DNA of 32,000 bases from Mycobacterium tuberculosis H37Rv (GCF_000195955.2 NC_000962.3:4050001-4082000), one strand, 5' to 3'; counted from the stretch's first letter, positions 12,527 through 25,703 are shown. The notes: generated by a model from the sequence alone, not told the origin. Program-made: numbers and translations.

Positions 12527-13249
12527 ATGATCCGATTGGTCCGTCATTCGATCGCCCTGGTGGCCGCCGGCCTTGCCGCCGCATTGTCGGGGTGCGATTC
12601 CCACAACTCGGGATCGCTCGGTGCCGATCCGCGGCAGGTGACCGTGTTCGGATCCGGGCAAGTGCAGGGTGTGCCGGACACGTTGATCGCTGACGTCGGC
12701 ATTCAGGTCACCGCGGCCGACGTCACCAGCGCGATGAACCAGACCAATGATCGCCAGCAAGCGGTGATCGATGCACTGGTGGGTGCCGGCCTGGACCGCA
12801 AGGACATCCGCACCACCAGGGTCACCGTGGCACCGCAGTACAGCAATCCGGAGCCGGCCGGAACCGCCACCATCACCGGGTATCGGGCAGACAACGACAT
12901 CGAGGTGAAGATCCACCCGACCGACGCCGCGTCGCGGCTGCTGGCCCTCGTCGTCAGCACCGGCGGTGACGCCACCCGGATCAGCTCGGTCAGCTACTCG
13001 ATTGGCGACGACTCGCAGCTGGTGAAGGATGCCCGGGCGCGCGCCTTCCAAGACGCCAAGAACCGTGCGGACCAGTACGCACAACTGTCGGGGCTGCGGC
13101 TAGGCAAGGTGATCTCGATCTCCGAGGCATCTGGCGCCGCGCCCACGCACGAGGCGCCGGCGCCGCCGCGCGGCCTATCCGCGGTGCCGCTGGAACCCGG
13201 CCAGCAGACGGTGGGCTTCTCGGTCACGGTGGTCTGGGAACTGACCTAG
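12527..13249 (+). CDS. lpqG: Lipoprotein LpqG, SIMPL/DUF541 domain
   Basis: ATG at 12527 gives 240 aa with lipoprotein signal MIRLVRHSIALVAAGLAAALSGC; VFGSGQVQGVPDTLIADVGIQVTAADVTSAMNQTNDRQQAVIDAL typical of SIMPL domains. The track ORF begins upstream of the lipobox. Confidence 0.9.
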   Translation: MIRLVRHSIALVAAGLAAALSGCDSHNSGSLGADPRQVTVFGSGQVQGVPDTLIADVGIQVTAADVTSAMNQTNDRQQAVIDALVGAGLDRKDIRTTRVTVAPQYSNPEPAGTATITGYRADNDIEVKIHPTDAASRLLALVVSTGGDATRISSVSYSIGDDSQLVKDARARAFQDAKNRADQYAQLSGLRLGKVISISEASGAAPTHEAPAPPRGLSAVPLEPGQQTVGFSVTVVWELT

Positions 13250-13253
13250 CCGC

Positions 13254-13862
13254 CTACTGATAGACCCTGGGGTCCAGCGTCCCGATGTATGACAGGTCAC
13301 GGTAGCGTTCGTCGTAGTCCAGGCCGTAGCCCACGACGAAGTCGTTGGGAATGTCGAAACCCACGTACGCGATTTCGACGTTGGCGTGCACCGCATCGGG
13401 CTTGCGCAGCAGCGTGCACACCCGCAATGACCGCGGATTCCGGCTCGTCAGGTTCCGCGACAACCACGAAAGCGTAAGGCCGGAGTCGACGACGTCCTCG
13501 ACGATCAGCACGTCGCGGCCGTGGATGTCGCGGTCGAGGTCCTTGAGGATCCGCACCACGCCCGACGAGGATGTCGATGACCCATACGAACTCACCGCCA
13601 TGAACTCGAACTGGGTCGGCACGGGAATCGCTCGCGCCAGGTCGGTGACGAAGAGCACCGCGCCCTTCAGCACGGTGATCAGCAGCAGATCCTGGCCGGT
13701 GGTAGCGGACAGCTCGCGGTAGTCGTTGCCGATCTGCTCGCCGAGCTCGGCGATGCGGGCCTGAATCTGCTCGGCCGTGAGCAGCACCGACTTGATGTCC
13801 CCCGGATAAAGCTCCGCCGTCTGCCCGGGGGTGATCGCCGAGGAGCTCTGGGTCACGTGCAC
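13254..13862 (-). CDS. hpt: Hypoxanthine-guanine phosphoribosyltransferase
   Basis: PRPP motif region [14 protein letters not shown]; GTG start at 13862 gives 202 aa (a longer start near 13904 is also possible). Confidence 0.95.
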
Positions 13863-13900
13863 AGCGTGCCACGCCGCGGGACCAACGACCAACGCGGGCG

Positions 13901-14872
13901 TCAAACGGGCTCGCGCCGCAACACAAGTACGCCGTCGCGCCGCCCGGCGACCAGTCGCTGACCGCGCAACGTGGACCCAACCGCTACCCCGCCCTGACCG
14001 CGCCACGCGGTGACCAGCCGGTCCACTCCGCGGATCTGCCTGTCGGTCAGTCCGGTCGCGCCGCCGGCCAGCAGCCAGCCCCGAATCACCCGGCGCCGCA
14101 CCGCATCCGGCAGCGCGGTCAAGGCGCTGGTACTCAACTCCTGTCCCCGTGAGCCAGCAACAGCGGCTCCGGGCAGCGCCTGCGCAGCGATCGTGTCGAT
14201 GAGGTCAGTGTCCTCGCGCAACGCTGTCGCGGTGCGAGCCAGCGCTTCGGCCACACCTCCGCCCAGCACGTCCTCCAGCAGTGGCAGCACTTCGGTGCGC
14301 AATCGGGTTCGGGTGAAGCGGCGGTCGGTGTTGTGCGGATCCTGCCAGGCGGTCAGGCCCAGCTCCCGGCAGGCCGCATGTGTCACGCTGCGGCGCACCC
14401 CCAGCAGCGGCCGGCACCAGGGCGGATCGTACGGACGCATGCCGGCGATCGACCGGGCCCCCGAACCACGGCCAAGCCCCAACAACACTGTCTCGGCCTG
14501 ATCATCGAGCGTATGGGCCAACAGCACCGGGCCATCGCGGTGCTCCTCCAATGCCGAGTAGCGGGCGCTGCGCGCCGCCGCCTCCCGGCCGCCGGCCGCG
14601 CCCACCTGAACGCAAAGCACCCGCGCGTCCACACATCCCAGCGAAATCGCTTGTATGCGAGCTGTTTCCGCGACCGTGGCCGAGCCGGGCTGCAGACCGT
14701 GGTCCACGATCAGTGCGGTGGTGGGCCACAGCCGTGCGGCTACAGCGGTGAGCGCCAACGAGTCCGGGCCGCCGGAGAGCCCCACGCTCCAACGGTCGCA
14801 GGCGTCGAGATGGACCCGAGCGAACTGCTCCGCAGCCGCACGCAGCTGCGCTACAGCACTCTGTCGATCCAT
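13901..14872 (-). CDS. tilS: tRNA(Ile)-lysidine synthase
   Basis: 323 aa; PP-loop motif SGGPDSLAL, followed by [19 protein letters not shown]. Confidence 0.95.
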   Translation of the reverse strand: MDRQSAVAQLRAAAEQFARVHLDACDRWSVGLSGGPDSLALTAVAARLWPTTALIVDHGLQPGSATVAETARIQAISLGCVDARVLCVQVGAAGGREAAARSARYSALEEHRDGPVLLAHTLDDQAETVLLGLGRGSGARSIAGMRPYDPPWCRPLLGVRRSVTHAACRELGLTAWQDPHNTDRRFTRTRLRTEVLPLLEDVLGGGVAEALARTATALREDTDLIDTIAAQALPGAAVAGSRGQELSTSALTALPDAVRRRVIRGWLLAGGATGLTDRQIRGVDRLVTAWRGQGGVAVGSTLRGQRLVAGRRDGVLVLRREPV

Positions 14873-15903
14873 CGCTGCGGGTTTTCGATCTCGGCAGGCA
14901 ACGGCAGCGTCTCGGGGCCCGACCAGATCGTGTTGAACAGCTTCATTCCCGCCCGGTCGACCACATGGTCGACGAATGCCTTGCCTCGGGTGTACTGGCT
15001 GAGCTTGGCGTCGAAGCCCAGCAGAGCTCGCACCAGCCGCTGCAGCGGCGGCTGTTTGTGATGACGACGGTCGTCGAAGCGGCGGCGGATGGTGGCCACC
15101 GAGGGCACCACCATCGGCCCGACCGCATCCATCACATGCTCGGCATGGCCTTCCAGCAGCGTGCCAAGTACCAGCAGCTGGTCTAAGGCCTTACGTTGCG
15201 GCTCGGATTGCACGGCTCGCACCAGGCCCAGAATGCCCGACGGGTTGACCTCGGAATCGTCGGTACCGTGTCCACGGCTGCGGATGAAGTCCGCCAGCCG
15301 GCTCACCACCCGCCCGATGTCGTCAACGGGTTCGAAGGTCAACAGGTTTAGCGCCTGCGACATGTAGCCGGACAGCCAGGGGTTGGCGGTGAACTGGACT
15401 CGGTGGGTGACCTCGTGCAGGCACACCCACAACCGGAAATCGGACGGCTCGACCCGCAGTTGACGCTCGACGGCGATCACATTGGGATATACCAGCAGCA
15501 AGCAGCCTTCTCCGGCGGCTCCGAACGGGTCGTACTGGCCGAGGATGCCCGAGGCCACAAACGCCAGCACGGCACCGGTCTGCGCACCGGTGATCCGACC
15601 GGTGAGAAACCCCCGCGGTTTGGCGCTTCCGTGCGTCATCGCCCGCATCGATTCGGCGGCCGAGCGAATCCACGCCGGCCGGTCGACGACACGGGCCGGC
15701 GGCACCACACCGTCGGCGATCAGACCGGTGACGTCGCGCACCGGCGGTTCGGCCTTCTCCGCCGCGACGGTCAGCTCGTCGATCACCTGGCGACGGGTGT
15801 ATTCGGTGGACGGCGGAGCGGGCCGGGCCAGCCGCTCCCCGACGCTGGCCGCAAATTCCCAATCGACCGTGTTCCCCAGTGTCAGCTCGGACGCTCCGGT
15901 CAC
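14851..15903 (-). CDS. Conserved zincin-like protein, putative Zn metallopeptidase fold (Rv3626c-like)
   Basis: 350 aa with CLHEVTHRVQF zinc-site-like HExxH; FLTGRITGAQTGAVLAFVASGILGQYDPF. Confidence 0.9.
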   Translation of the reverse strand: MTGASELTLGNTVDWEFAASVGERLARPAPPSTEYTRRQVIDELTVAAEKAEPPVRDVTGLIADGVVPPARVVDRPAWIRSAAESMRAMTHGSAKPRGFLTGRITGAQTGAVLAFVASGILGQYDPFGAAGEGCLLLVYPNVIAVERQLRVEPSDFRLWVCLHEVTHRVQFTANPWLSGYMSQALNLLTFEPVDDIGRVVSRLADFIRSRGHGTDDSEVNPSGILGLVRAVQSEPQRKALDQLLVLGTLLEGHAEHVMDAVGPMVVPSVATIRRRFDDRRHHKQPPLQRLVRALLGFDAKLSQYTRGKAFVDHVVDRAGMKLFNTIWSGPETLPLPAEIENPQRWIDRVL

Positions 15904-17285
15904 GTCGTGCACCCGCAGAACCACAACTTAGTGGCCAGAGCGTCCATCGCGTTGCGACCGTTGGGACCGGCTTCGTTGGAGATGAACGCGAAGGTGAGCA
16001 CTCGGCCGCTACGGTCGGTGAGCACCCCGACTAGCGAGTTGATCGCGGTCAGCGAGCCGGTCTTGGCCCGCAACCACCCGGCCGGACCCTGGTCGGTGGC
16101 CGCGTCGAGGAAGCGCTCGCCCAGCGTGCCACTGCCACCGGCGATCGGTAGCAGATCCAGCAGCGGCCGCAACGCGGGCTGGTCGGGTCCAGCCGCGGCC
16201 TGCATCGTTGCATCGAGCGTCCGAGCGGTCAGGCGGTTGTCGAGCGACAATCCACTAGAATCCACCAGCGCAGCGCCGGCGGTGTCGATGTGTGCGGTGT
16301 TCAATCGGCTGGTCACCGCGTCGACCGCGCCACTAAAGCTCTGCGGCCGGTTGATCGCGACCGCTACCTCGCGGCCGATGCACTCGGCCATCACATTGTC
16401 GGAGGCGTTCATCATCTGAGACAGTCGCTGGATCAACGGCGCCGACTGCACCACGGCCAGCTGCCGCGCGCCGGCCGGAGCCGATGCGATCGTCACCGCC
16501 GCGGGGTCCAGGCCAAGGGCTTTGGCCAACTCCCGACCGGCATCCAGCGCCGGGGTGCGGGACCGTCTCGAATTGACGGTGGTCGGCTGGATACGCCCGG
16601 CGTCGATCATCGCCGCTTCGATCGGCGCGATGTCACCGTTGTCGATATCGGCCGGATCCCAACCCGGCGCCATCGTCGGACCGCTAAACGCCGAAGCGTC
16701 CACCTGCACGGCGGTGGGCGTCACACCGCTGCGGCGAATTTGTTCGACGAGGTCACCGATGCGAGCCGCGCCGTGATACCAGGTGTCCTGACCGGGCGGC
16801 GCTGCCGACAGCGTCGGATCGCCCGCGCCCACCAACACGACAGGTCCCTGGGGGTTCTGGCCGCCGGCCACCACCCGCGTGCTGATCCGGGCCTGTCGGT
16901 CCAGTGTCAGCAGAGCCGCCGCCGCCGTCAGGATTTTGTTGGTCGAAGCCGGCACCAAGGGCACGTCGTCTAGCCGCTGCCAAAGTTCTTGTCCGGTCAG
17001 GGCATCGGTGATCCGACCTGCTAACTTGCCCAGATCAGGATCGGCCGCCACCACCGCAAGCGCCGCGGTCACGCCAGCGGCACTCGGTGTCGCAGCGGTG
17101 TCCGCCACAGGGACCACTCCCGCCTTGACTGTGGGTGGCCGCGGTGGAGGCGCAGGTGCGCGCACGCCAGCCCGGTGACCACCAGTAGTGACCAGCGCTG
17201 CGGCCGCCACCACAACGGCGACAAACGCCAGCACGGCCGCGCCGACGACCACGTGCGTGGATTTCCGCCAGCGTGTGGGACCCAT
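15900..17285 (-). CDS. dacB: D-alanyl-D-alanine carboxypeptidase, peptidase S13 / PBP4-like
   Basis: 461 aa; VPASTNKILTAAAALLTLD (SxxK), ASDNVMAE (SxN), C-terminal LRAKTGSLTAINSLVG (KTG). Confidence 0.94.
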   Translation of the reverse strand: MGPTRWRKSTHVVVGAAVLAFVAVVVAAAALVTTGGHRAGVRAPAPPPRPPTVKAGVVPVADTAATPSAAGVTAALAVVAADPDLGKLAGRITDALTGQELWQRLDDVPLVPASTNKILTAAAALLTLDRQARISTRVVAGGQNPQGPVVLVGAGDPTLSAAPPGQDTWYHGAARIGDLVEQIRRSGVTPTAVQVDASAFSGPTMAPGWDPADIDNGDIAPIEAAMIDAGRIQPTTVNSRRSRTPALDAGRELAKALGLDPAAVTIASAPAGARQLAVVQSAPLIQRLSQMMNASDNVMAECIGREVAVAINRPQSFSGAVDAVTSRLNTAHIDTAGAALVDSSGLSLDNRLTARTLDATMQAAAGPDQPALRPLLDLLPIAGGSGTLGERFLDAATDQGPAGWLRAKTGSLTAINSLVGVLTDRSGRVLTFAFISNEAGPNGRNAMDALATKLWFCGCTT

Positions 17286-17422
17286 GAGCTCTCCTGCCTT
17301 TCCGGTCCCATTCTGCCGAACCGGCCGGGCGACGCTGCCACGGTACCGGCTCGACTAGGGTGTCCACGGACGCATTGGACCTGCCCGTTGTCCCATGCAC
17401 TCTGATCTGAAGGAGCCGACGC

Positions 17423-17911
17423 GTGCAATTCGACGTGACCATCGAAATTCCCAAGGGCCAGCGCAACAAATACGAGGTCGACCATGAGACGGGGCGGGTT
17501 CGTCTGGACCGGTACCTGTACACCCCGATGGCCTACCCGACCGACTACGGCTTCATCGAGGACACCCTAGGTGACGATGGCGACCCGCTGGACGCGCTGG
17601 TGCTGCTACCGCAGCCGGTCTTCCCCGGGGTGCTGGTGGCGGCGCGGCCGGTGGGGATGTTCCGGATGGTCGACGAGCACGGCGGCGACGACAAAGTGCT
17701 GTGCGTCCCAGCCGGTGACCCCCGGTGGGACCACGTCCAAGACATCGGGGACGTTCCGGCTTTCGAGCTGGATGCGATCAAGCATTTCTTTGTGCACTAC
17801 AAGGACCTGGAACCAGGTAAGTTCGTCAAGGCGGCCGACTGGGTCGACCGCGCCGAAGCCGAGGCAGAGGTGCAGCGTTCAGTGGAGCGCTTCAAGGCCG
17901 GTACACACTGA
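17423..17911 (+). CDS. ppa: Inorganic pyrophosphatase
   Basis: 162 aa; [58 protein letters not shown] signature. Confidence 0.98.
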   Translation: MQFDVTIEIPKGQRNKYEVDHETGRVRLDRYLYTPMAYPTDYGFIEDTLGDDGDPLDALVLLPQPVFPGVLVAARPVGMFRMVDEHGGDDKVLCVPAGDPRWDHVQDIGDVPAFELDAIKHFFVHYKDLEPGKFVKAADWVDRAEAEAEVQRSVERFKAGTH

Positions 17912-17956
17912 TTTGGGCTTAGGGCGCCCGCCCCGCGCCTTGGCACCCTCCGCCGG

Positions 17957-19054
17957 TCATGATCCGAACTTCGTGGGGGACCTGACTGTTAGGCGATTGC
18001 GCCGCACACTCTCGGTGAACGCCGCCCCGATAAAAACCACCCCCACCGAAGCGGTGACCCACTCGGGGACGGCGAATCGGTGGTCGATGGACAACAGCAA
18101 GATTATGGCGAGCGCGCCAATCGCCCAGTGTGCGCCGTGTTCCAGGTACACGTACCGGTCCAGTGTGTCCTGTCGCACCAGATAGATCGTGATCGACCGG
18201 ACAAACATCGCACCCACCACACCAAGGCCGAGCGCGATGATGATCGGGTCCGTAGTGATCGCAAAGGCCCCGGTGACGCCGTCGAAAGAGAAGGCGGCGT
18301 CGAGCACCTCCAGATACAGGAACAACGCGCAACCAGCCTTTCCGGCCGCCTGCCTCGCCTGCACGCCCGGCGTGGCTTCACCCAACCCCGCCGGCCGGAA
18401 CGCCCGGCTGATCCCGTTGACGACAAGATAGGTCACCATGCCCAAAAGGCCGGCGATCAGCACCGTACCCCGCTGATCGCTGGAGTGTGTCAACAGCGCG
18501 CCGGCAAGGACCAACCCAACACTGGCCACTATCACCGGGACCTGACCGAGTCGACCGATGCGGGCAAAGGGGACCTCAATCCACTTCAGCCATTTGATAT
18601 CGCGGTCGTGAACGACGAAGTCCAGGAAAAGCATCAGCAGGAACATGCCGCCGAACGCCGCGATCTGCGGATGCGCAGCGGTGATCAGTTTTTCATAGCT
18701 GGGCGATCCGTCCGCAAATTCCAGCGCGCCATGGGCCGGTGGACGAAGCGCCAGCTCCATTGCGCGGACGGGGTCCAGGCCCGCGGTGGTCCAGATGATG
18801 GCCAGCGGGAACACCAGCCGCATCCCGAACACCGCAATAAGAATCCCGATGGTCAGGAACATCCGCTGCCAAAACGGGCTCATCCGCTGCAGAATCGCGG
18901 CGTTGATGATGGCGTTGTCGAACGACAGCGATACCTCAAGGAGCGCCAGAACCGCCAGCAAGAACAGGGCGGTCGGCCCGCCGTGCAAATATCCGGTAAC
19001 CAACGCCACCACCGTCATCAGCAGCGAGAAGCCGAAGATGCGGAACGTTGACAT
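17957..19054 (-). CDS. DUF475 / TerC-like integral membrane protein (Rv3629c-like)
   Basis: ATG at 19054 gives 365 aa; multiple TM helices with LSFDNAIINAAIL and FSFDGVTGAFA repeats characteristic of TerC/DUF475 proteins. Confidence 0.9.
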   Translation of the reverse strand: MSTFRIFGFSLLMTVVALVTGYLHGGPTALFLLAVLALLEVSLSFDNAIINAAILQRMSPFWQRMFLTIGILIAVFGMRLVFPLAIIWTTAGLDPVRAMELALRPPAHGALEFADGSPSYEKLITAAHPQIAAFGGMFLLMLFLDFVVHDRDIKWLKWIEVPFARIGRLGQVPVIVASVGLVLAGALLTHSSDQRGTVLIAGLLGMVTYLVVNGISRAFRPAGLGEATPGVQARQAAGKAGCALFLYLEVLDAAFSFDGVTGAFAITTDPIIIALGLGVVGAMFVRSITIYLVRQDTLDRYVYLEHGAHWAIGALAIILLLSIDHRFAVPEWVTASVGVVFIGAAFTESVRRNRLTVRSPTKFGS

Positions 19055-19174
19055 GGATCCTTCCGAGGAAAAACCCCACAATAGCGACGAACCGACATCA
19101 ATTGGTCAGGCTCGCGCCGCGCAGCGCGGCCAACCGGCCCGCCTACTATTTTCAGTCGTGACGATCCATGTCGG

Positions 19175-20470
19175 TTGGCCGTTGGCGCCGCCGCGGTGAC
19201 CGAAGTCGGCGATACGGCATCTCCTGTTGGCTCCTCGGGCGCCTCTGGCGGAGCTATCGCAAGCGGCAGCGTAGCCCGGGTCGGCACGGCGGCCGCGGTT
19301 ACCGCGCTGTGCGGCTACGCGGTGATTTATCTGGCGGCCCGCAACCTGGCTCCCAACGGCTTCTCGGTATTCGGGGTGTTCTGGGGCGCATTCGGACTGG
19401 TCACCGGGGCCGCCAACGGCCTGCTGCAAGAAACCACCCGCGAGGTCCGCTCGCTGGGGTACTTGGACGTCTCTGCAGACGGCCGCCGTACCCATCCGCT
19501 GCGGGTCTCCGGGATGGTCGGCCTCGGCTCGTTGGTCGTGATCGCCGGTAGCTCACCGTTGTGGAGCGGGCGGGTATTCGCCGAGGCGCGCTGGCTATCG
19601 GTCGCATTGCTCAGCATCGGGCTGGCTGGGTTTTGCCTACACGCCACCCTGCTGGGCATGCTGGCCGGCACCAACCGGTGGACCCAGTACGGCGCGCTGA
19701 TGGTGGCCGACGCGGTCATCCGGGTGGTGGTCGCCGCGGCCACGTTCGTGATCGGATGGCAGCTGGTCGGGTTCATCTGGGCAACCGTGGCGGGTTCGGT
19801 TGCCTGGCTGATCATGTTGATGACCTCACCCCCGACACGCGCGGCCGCCCGCTTGATGACGCCCGGCGCTACTGCGACATTCCTGAGGGGCGCCGCCCAT
19901 TCGATCATCGCGGCCGGTGCCAGCGCGATATTGGTGATGGGGTTTCCGGTCTTGCTGAAGCTAACCTCCAATGAACTGGGCGCGCAGGGAGGCGTTGTCA
20001 TCCTTGCGGTGACGTTAACCCGGGCGCCACTGCTGGTGCCACTGACCGCCATGCAAGGCAACCTCATCGCGCATTTCGTCGATGAACGCACCGAGCGGAT
20101 TCGGGCGCTAATCGCGCCGGCGGCGCTCATCGGCGGCGTTGGCGCAGTCGGGATGCTGGCGGCCGGCGTCGTAGGTCCATGGATTATGCGCGTCGCGTTC
20201 GGGTCGGAATACCAGTCCAGCAGCGCATTGCTGGCCTGGTTGACGGCGGCCGCGGTGGCGATCGCAATGCTGACACTCACCGGTGCCGCCGCGGTCGCGG
20301 CCGCACTGCACCGGGCGTATTCGCTGGGCTGGGTTGGTGCGACGGTTGGGTCGGGCTTGTTGCTGCTGCTGCCGCTGTCCTTGGAGACCCGCACCGTGGT
20401 CGCGTTGTTATGCGGTCCGCTGGTGGGAATCGGCGTCCATTTGGTGGCGCTGGCGCGGACGGACGAGTAA
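19175..20470 (+). CDS. Multi-pass membrane protein, MOP-flippase-like (Rv3630-like)
   Basis: 431 aa, about 12 hydrophobic segments, located directly upstream of a GT2 glycosyltransferase. Confidence 0.85.
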   Translation: MAVGAAAVTEVGDTASPVGSSGASGGAIASGSVARVGTAAAVTALCGYAVIYLAARNLAPNGFSVFGVFWGAFGLVTGAANGLLQETTREVRSLGYLDVSADGRRTHPLRVSGMVGLGSLVVIAGSSPLWSGRVFAEARWLSVALLSIGLAGFCLHATLLGMLAGTNRWTQYGALMVADAVIRVVVAAATFVIGWQLVGFIWATVAGSVAWLIMLMTSPPTRAAARLMTPGATATFLRGAAHSIIAAGASAILVMGFPVLLKLTSNELGAQGGVVILAVTLTRAPLLVPLTAMQGNLIAHFVDERTERIRALIAPAALIGGVGAVGMLAAGVVGPWIMRVAFGSEYQSSSALLAWLTAAAVAIAMLTLTGAAAVAAALHRAYSLGWVGATVGSGLLLLLPLSLETRTVVALLCGPLVGIGVHLVALARTDE

Positions 20471-20513
20471 GCGGCCGATCAGCCCCGGACCAACGTGTAA
20501 CTTGTGGGCTTAA

Positions 20514-21239
20514 ATGGCCTCGAAAATGGACACTGAAACGCACTACTCGGACGTCTGGGTCGTCATTCCCGCCTTCAACGAAGCCGCCGTGATCGGCAAG
20601 GTCGTCACCGATGTGCGGTCAGTCTTCGACCACGTCGTCTGCGTGGACGACGGCAGCACCGACGGCACCGGCGACATCGCCCGGCGGTCCGGTGCTCACC
20701 TCGTACGCCATCCGATCAACCTGGGCCAGGGGGCGGCCATTCAGACCGGAATCGAGTACGCCCGCAAGCAGCCGGGCGCCCAGGTCTTTGCCACCTTTGA
20801 CGGCGACGGCCAGCACCGCGTCAAAGACGTGGCCGCAATGGTCGACCGGCTCGGCGCAGGTGACGTCGATGTGGTGATCGGAACGCGGTTCGGCCGGCCC
20901 GTGGGCAAAGCTTCGGCCAGCCGACCGCCACTGATGAAGCGGATCGTGCTGCAGACAGGAGCGCGGTTGAGCCGTCGAGGCCGCCGACTTGGCTTGACCG
21001 ACACCAACAATGGCCTGAGGGTGTTCAACAAGACCGTGGCCGACGGGCTGAACATCACCATGAGCGGCATGAGCCACGCCACCGAGTTCATCATGTTGAT
21101 CGCCGAAAACCATTGGCGGGTAGCGGAAGAACCGGTCGAGGTGCTCTACACCGAGTATTCGAAGTCGAAAGGCCAACCGCTGCTCAACGGCGTCAACATC
21201 ATTTTCGACGGGTTTCTGCGAGGGAGGATGCCACGATGA
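20514..21239 (+). CDS. GT2 family polyprenyl-phosphate glycosyltransferase (Rv3631/PpgS-like)
   Basis: 241 aa; WVVIPAFNEAAVIGKVV, VCVDDGSTDGTGDIARRSGAHLVRHPINLGQGAAIQTG, FDGDGQH. Confidence 0.93.
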   Translation: MASKMDTETHYSDVWVVIPAFNEAAVIGKVVTDVRSVFDHVVCVDDGSTDGTGDIARRSGAHLVRHPINLGQGAAIQTGIEYARKQPGAQVFATFDGDGQHRVKDVAAMVDRLGAGDVDVVIGTRFGRPVGKASASRPPLMKRIVLQTGARLSRRGRRLGLTDTNNGLRVFNKTVADGLNITMSGMSHATEFIMLIAENHWRVAEEPVEVLYTEYSKSKGQPLLNGVNIIFDGFLRGRMPR

Positions 21240-21580
21240 ACTGGATCCAGGTGCTGTTGATCGCGTCGATCATCGGGTTGCTGTTCTACCTGTTGCGGTC
21301 GCGCCGAAGCGCGCGGTCGCGTGCCTGGGTCAAGGTGGGCTATGTCTTGTTCGTGCTCGCCGGCATCTATGCCGTGCTGAGACCGGACGACACCACAGTG
21401 GTCGCAAACTGGTTTGGGGTGCGCCGCGGCACCGACCTGATGCTCTACGCACTGGTGATGGCGTTCAGTTTCACCACACTGAGCACCTACATGCGGTTCA
21501 AGGACCTCGAGTTACGCTACGCGCGCATCGCCCGGGCTCTGGCACTTGAGGGCGCACAGGCGCCCGAACAGTGCCGGTAA
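21236..21580 (+). CDS. DUF2304 small membrane protein (Rv3632-like)
   Basis: ATG at 21236 overlaps the stop of the GT2 gene (ATGA); 114 aa MNWIQVLLIASIIGLLFYLLRSRRSARSRAWVKVGYVLFVLAGIYAVLRPDDT. The track version starts upstream. Confidence 0.92.
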   Translation: MNWIQVLLIASIIGLLFYLLRSRRSARSRAWVKVGYVLFVLAGIYAVLRPDDTTVVANWFGVRRGTDLMLYALVMAFSFTTLSTYMRFKDLELRYARIARALALEGAQAPEQCR

Positions 21581-21710
21581 GACCCAGCCACTTGAGGGCG
21601 CACAGGCGCCCGAATTAAGCCGCGATTCGATCTGCGCAGACCGTAGCCAGGAAGGACCCGGCGGCCTACAGTTCTTAGAGTTACTGCATCTCTGACCAGC
21701 AGGAGGCGAT

Positions 21711-21791
21711 ATGTCCGACCCTGACGACGTCACCACATCATCTGACGACCGCGACGAGGGCGAACCGGAAATAGACCTGCTGCCGGCCTGA
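21711..21791 (+). CDS. Unnamed 26-aa acidic small ORF, potentially translationally coupled to the downstream dioxygenase-like gene
   Basis: AGGAGGCGAT-ATG with near-ideal Shine-Dalgarno; MSDPDDVTTSSDDRDEGEPEIDLLPA*; TGATG overlap with downstream ATG at 21791. Confidence 0.6.
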   Translation: MSDPDDVTTSSDDRDEGEPEIDLLPA

Positions 21792-22666
21792 TGACTCAGA
21801 GCTCATCGGTCGAACGCCTGGTCGGCGAGATCGACGAGTTCGGTTACACCGTAGTCGAGGATGTCCTCGACGCCGATTCGGTTGCCGCATACCTAGCGGA
21901 TACCCGTCGGCTGGAACGGGAGCTACCGACCGTCATCGCCAACTCCACAACCGTCGTCAAGGGCCTGGCGCGGCCCGGCCATGTCCCGGTCGACCGGGTC
22001 GACCACGACTGGGTGCGCATCGACAACTTGTTGCTGCACGGCACCCGCTACGAGGCGCTGCCGGTACACCCCAAGCTGCTGCCGGTCATCGAGGGTGTGC
22101 TTGGCCGCGACTGCCTGTTGTCGTGGTGTATGACGAGCAACCAGCTGCCGGGCGCGGTGGCTCAGCGCTTGCACTGCGACGACGAAATGTATCCGCTGCC
22201 GCGGCCGCATCAACCGCTGCTGTGCAACGCGTTGATCGCGCTGTGCGATTTCACCGCCGACAACGGCGCCACCCAAGTGGTGCCCGGTTCACATCGCTGG
22301 CCCGAGCGGCCGTCGCCGCCATACCCGGAGGGCAAGCCGGTCGAGATCAATGCGGGCGACGCGTTGATCTGGAATGGCAGCCTGTGGCATACCGCCGCAG
22401 CGAACCGCACCGATGCCCCGCGGCCGGCATTGACCATCAACTTCTGCGTGGGGTTCGTGCGCCAGCAGGTCAATCAACAGCTGTCCATCCCGCGAGAGTT
22501 GGTGCGCTGCTTTGAACCTCGGCTACAGGAACTGATCGGCTACGGGCTATACGCCGGAAAGATGGGCCGAATCGACTGGCGACCGCCGGCCGACTATCTC
22601 GACGCCGACCGGCATCCGTTCTTGGACGCCGTAGCGGACCGTCTGCAGACTTCGGTCAGGCTCTGA
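21791..22666 (+). CDS. Phytanoyl-CoA dioxygenase (PhyH) family protein (Rv3633-like)
   Basis: 291 aa; RLHCDDEM (HxD) ... GATQVVPGSHRWPER ... GDALIWNGSLWHTAAANRT. Confidence 0.92.
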   Translation: MTQSSSVERLVGEIDEFGYTVVEDVLDADSVAAYLADTRRLERELPTVIANSTTVVKGLARPGHVPVDRVDHDWVRIDNLLLHGTRYEALPVHPKLLPVIEGVLGRDCLLSWCMTSNQLPGAVAQRLHCDDEMYPLPRPHQPLLCNALIALCDFTADNGATQVVPGSHRWPERPSPPYPEGKPVEINAGDALIWNGSLWHTAAANRTDAPRPALTINFCVGFVRQQVNQQLSIPRELVRCFEPRLQELIGYGLYAGKMGRIDWRPPADYLDADRHPFLDAVADRLQTSVRL

Positions 22667-25409
<2,743 letters not shown>

Positions 25410-25703
25410 CCTCAACGCCGGTCGCCACAGCCGCTCAAACGTGGCGGCCGCGCGTATTCGACCGTCCGTAGTGGTTCGTTAAAGCGTTGCAGTACAACGC
25501 ATACAACAATCAATCGGCCATTGAGTTCGCACGCTCATGCAGTTGCGAATGGTCGGTGGATGCTCGAAGCCAATGCAGAAAGCGACCGGCTCGATGAGCT
25601 GCACCAGCAGTATCACCGAGATGATCTTGGCGGTAATCAGGCTTGTATCTCTTGTAGTGTGGCGGCGGCAACTGAATACTGACCAGAGCGCGGCAACTGA
25701 AAA

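Noticed and set aside
15403-16419. 338-aa forward-strand ORF
   Set aside because: Antisense across the zincin-like gene and dacB; no domain signature.
18080-19051. 323-aa forward-strand ORF
   Set aside because: Antisense to the DUF475/TerC-like gene, with the Gln/His/Arg-rich composition of a shadow ORF.
19327-20394. 355-aa reverse-strand ORF
   Set aside because: Antisense to the convincing multi-pass membrane protein gene; shadow frame.
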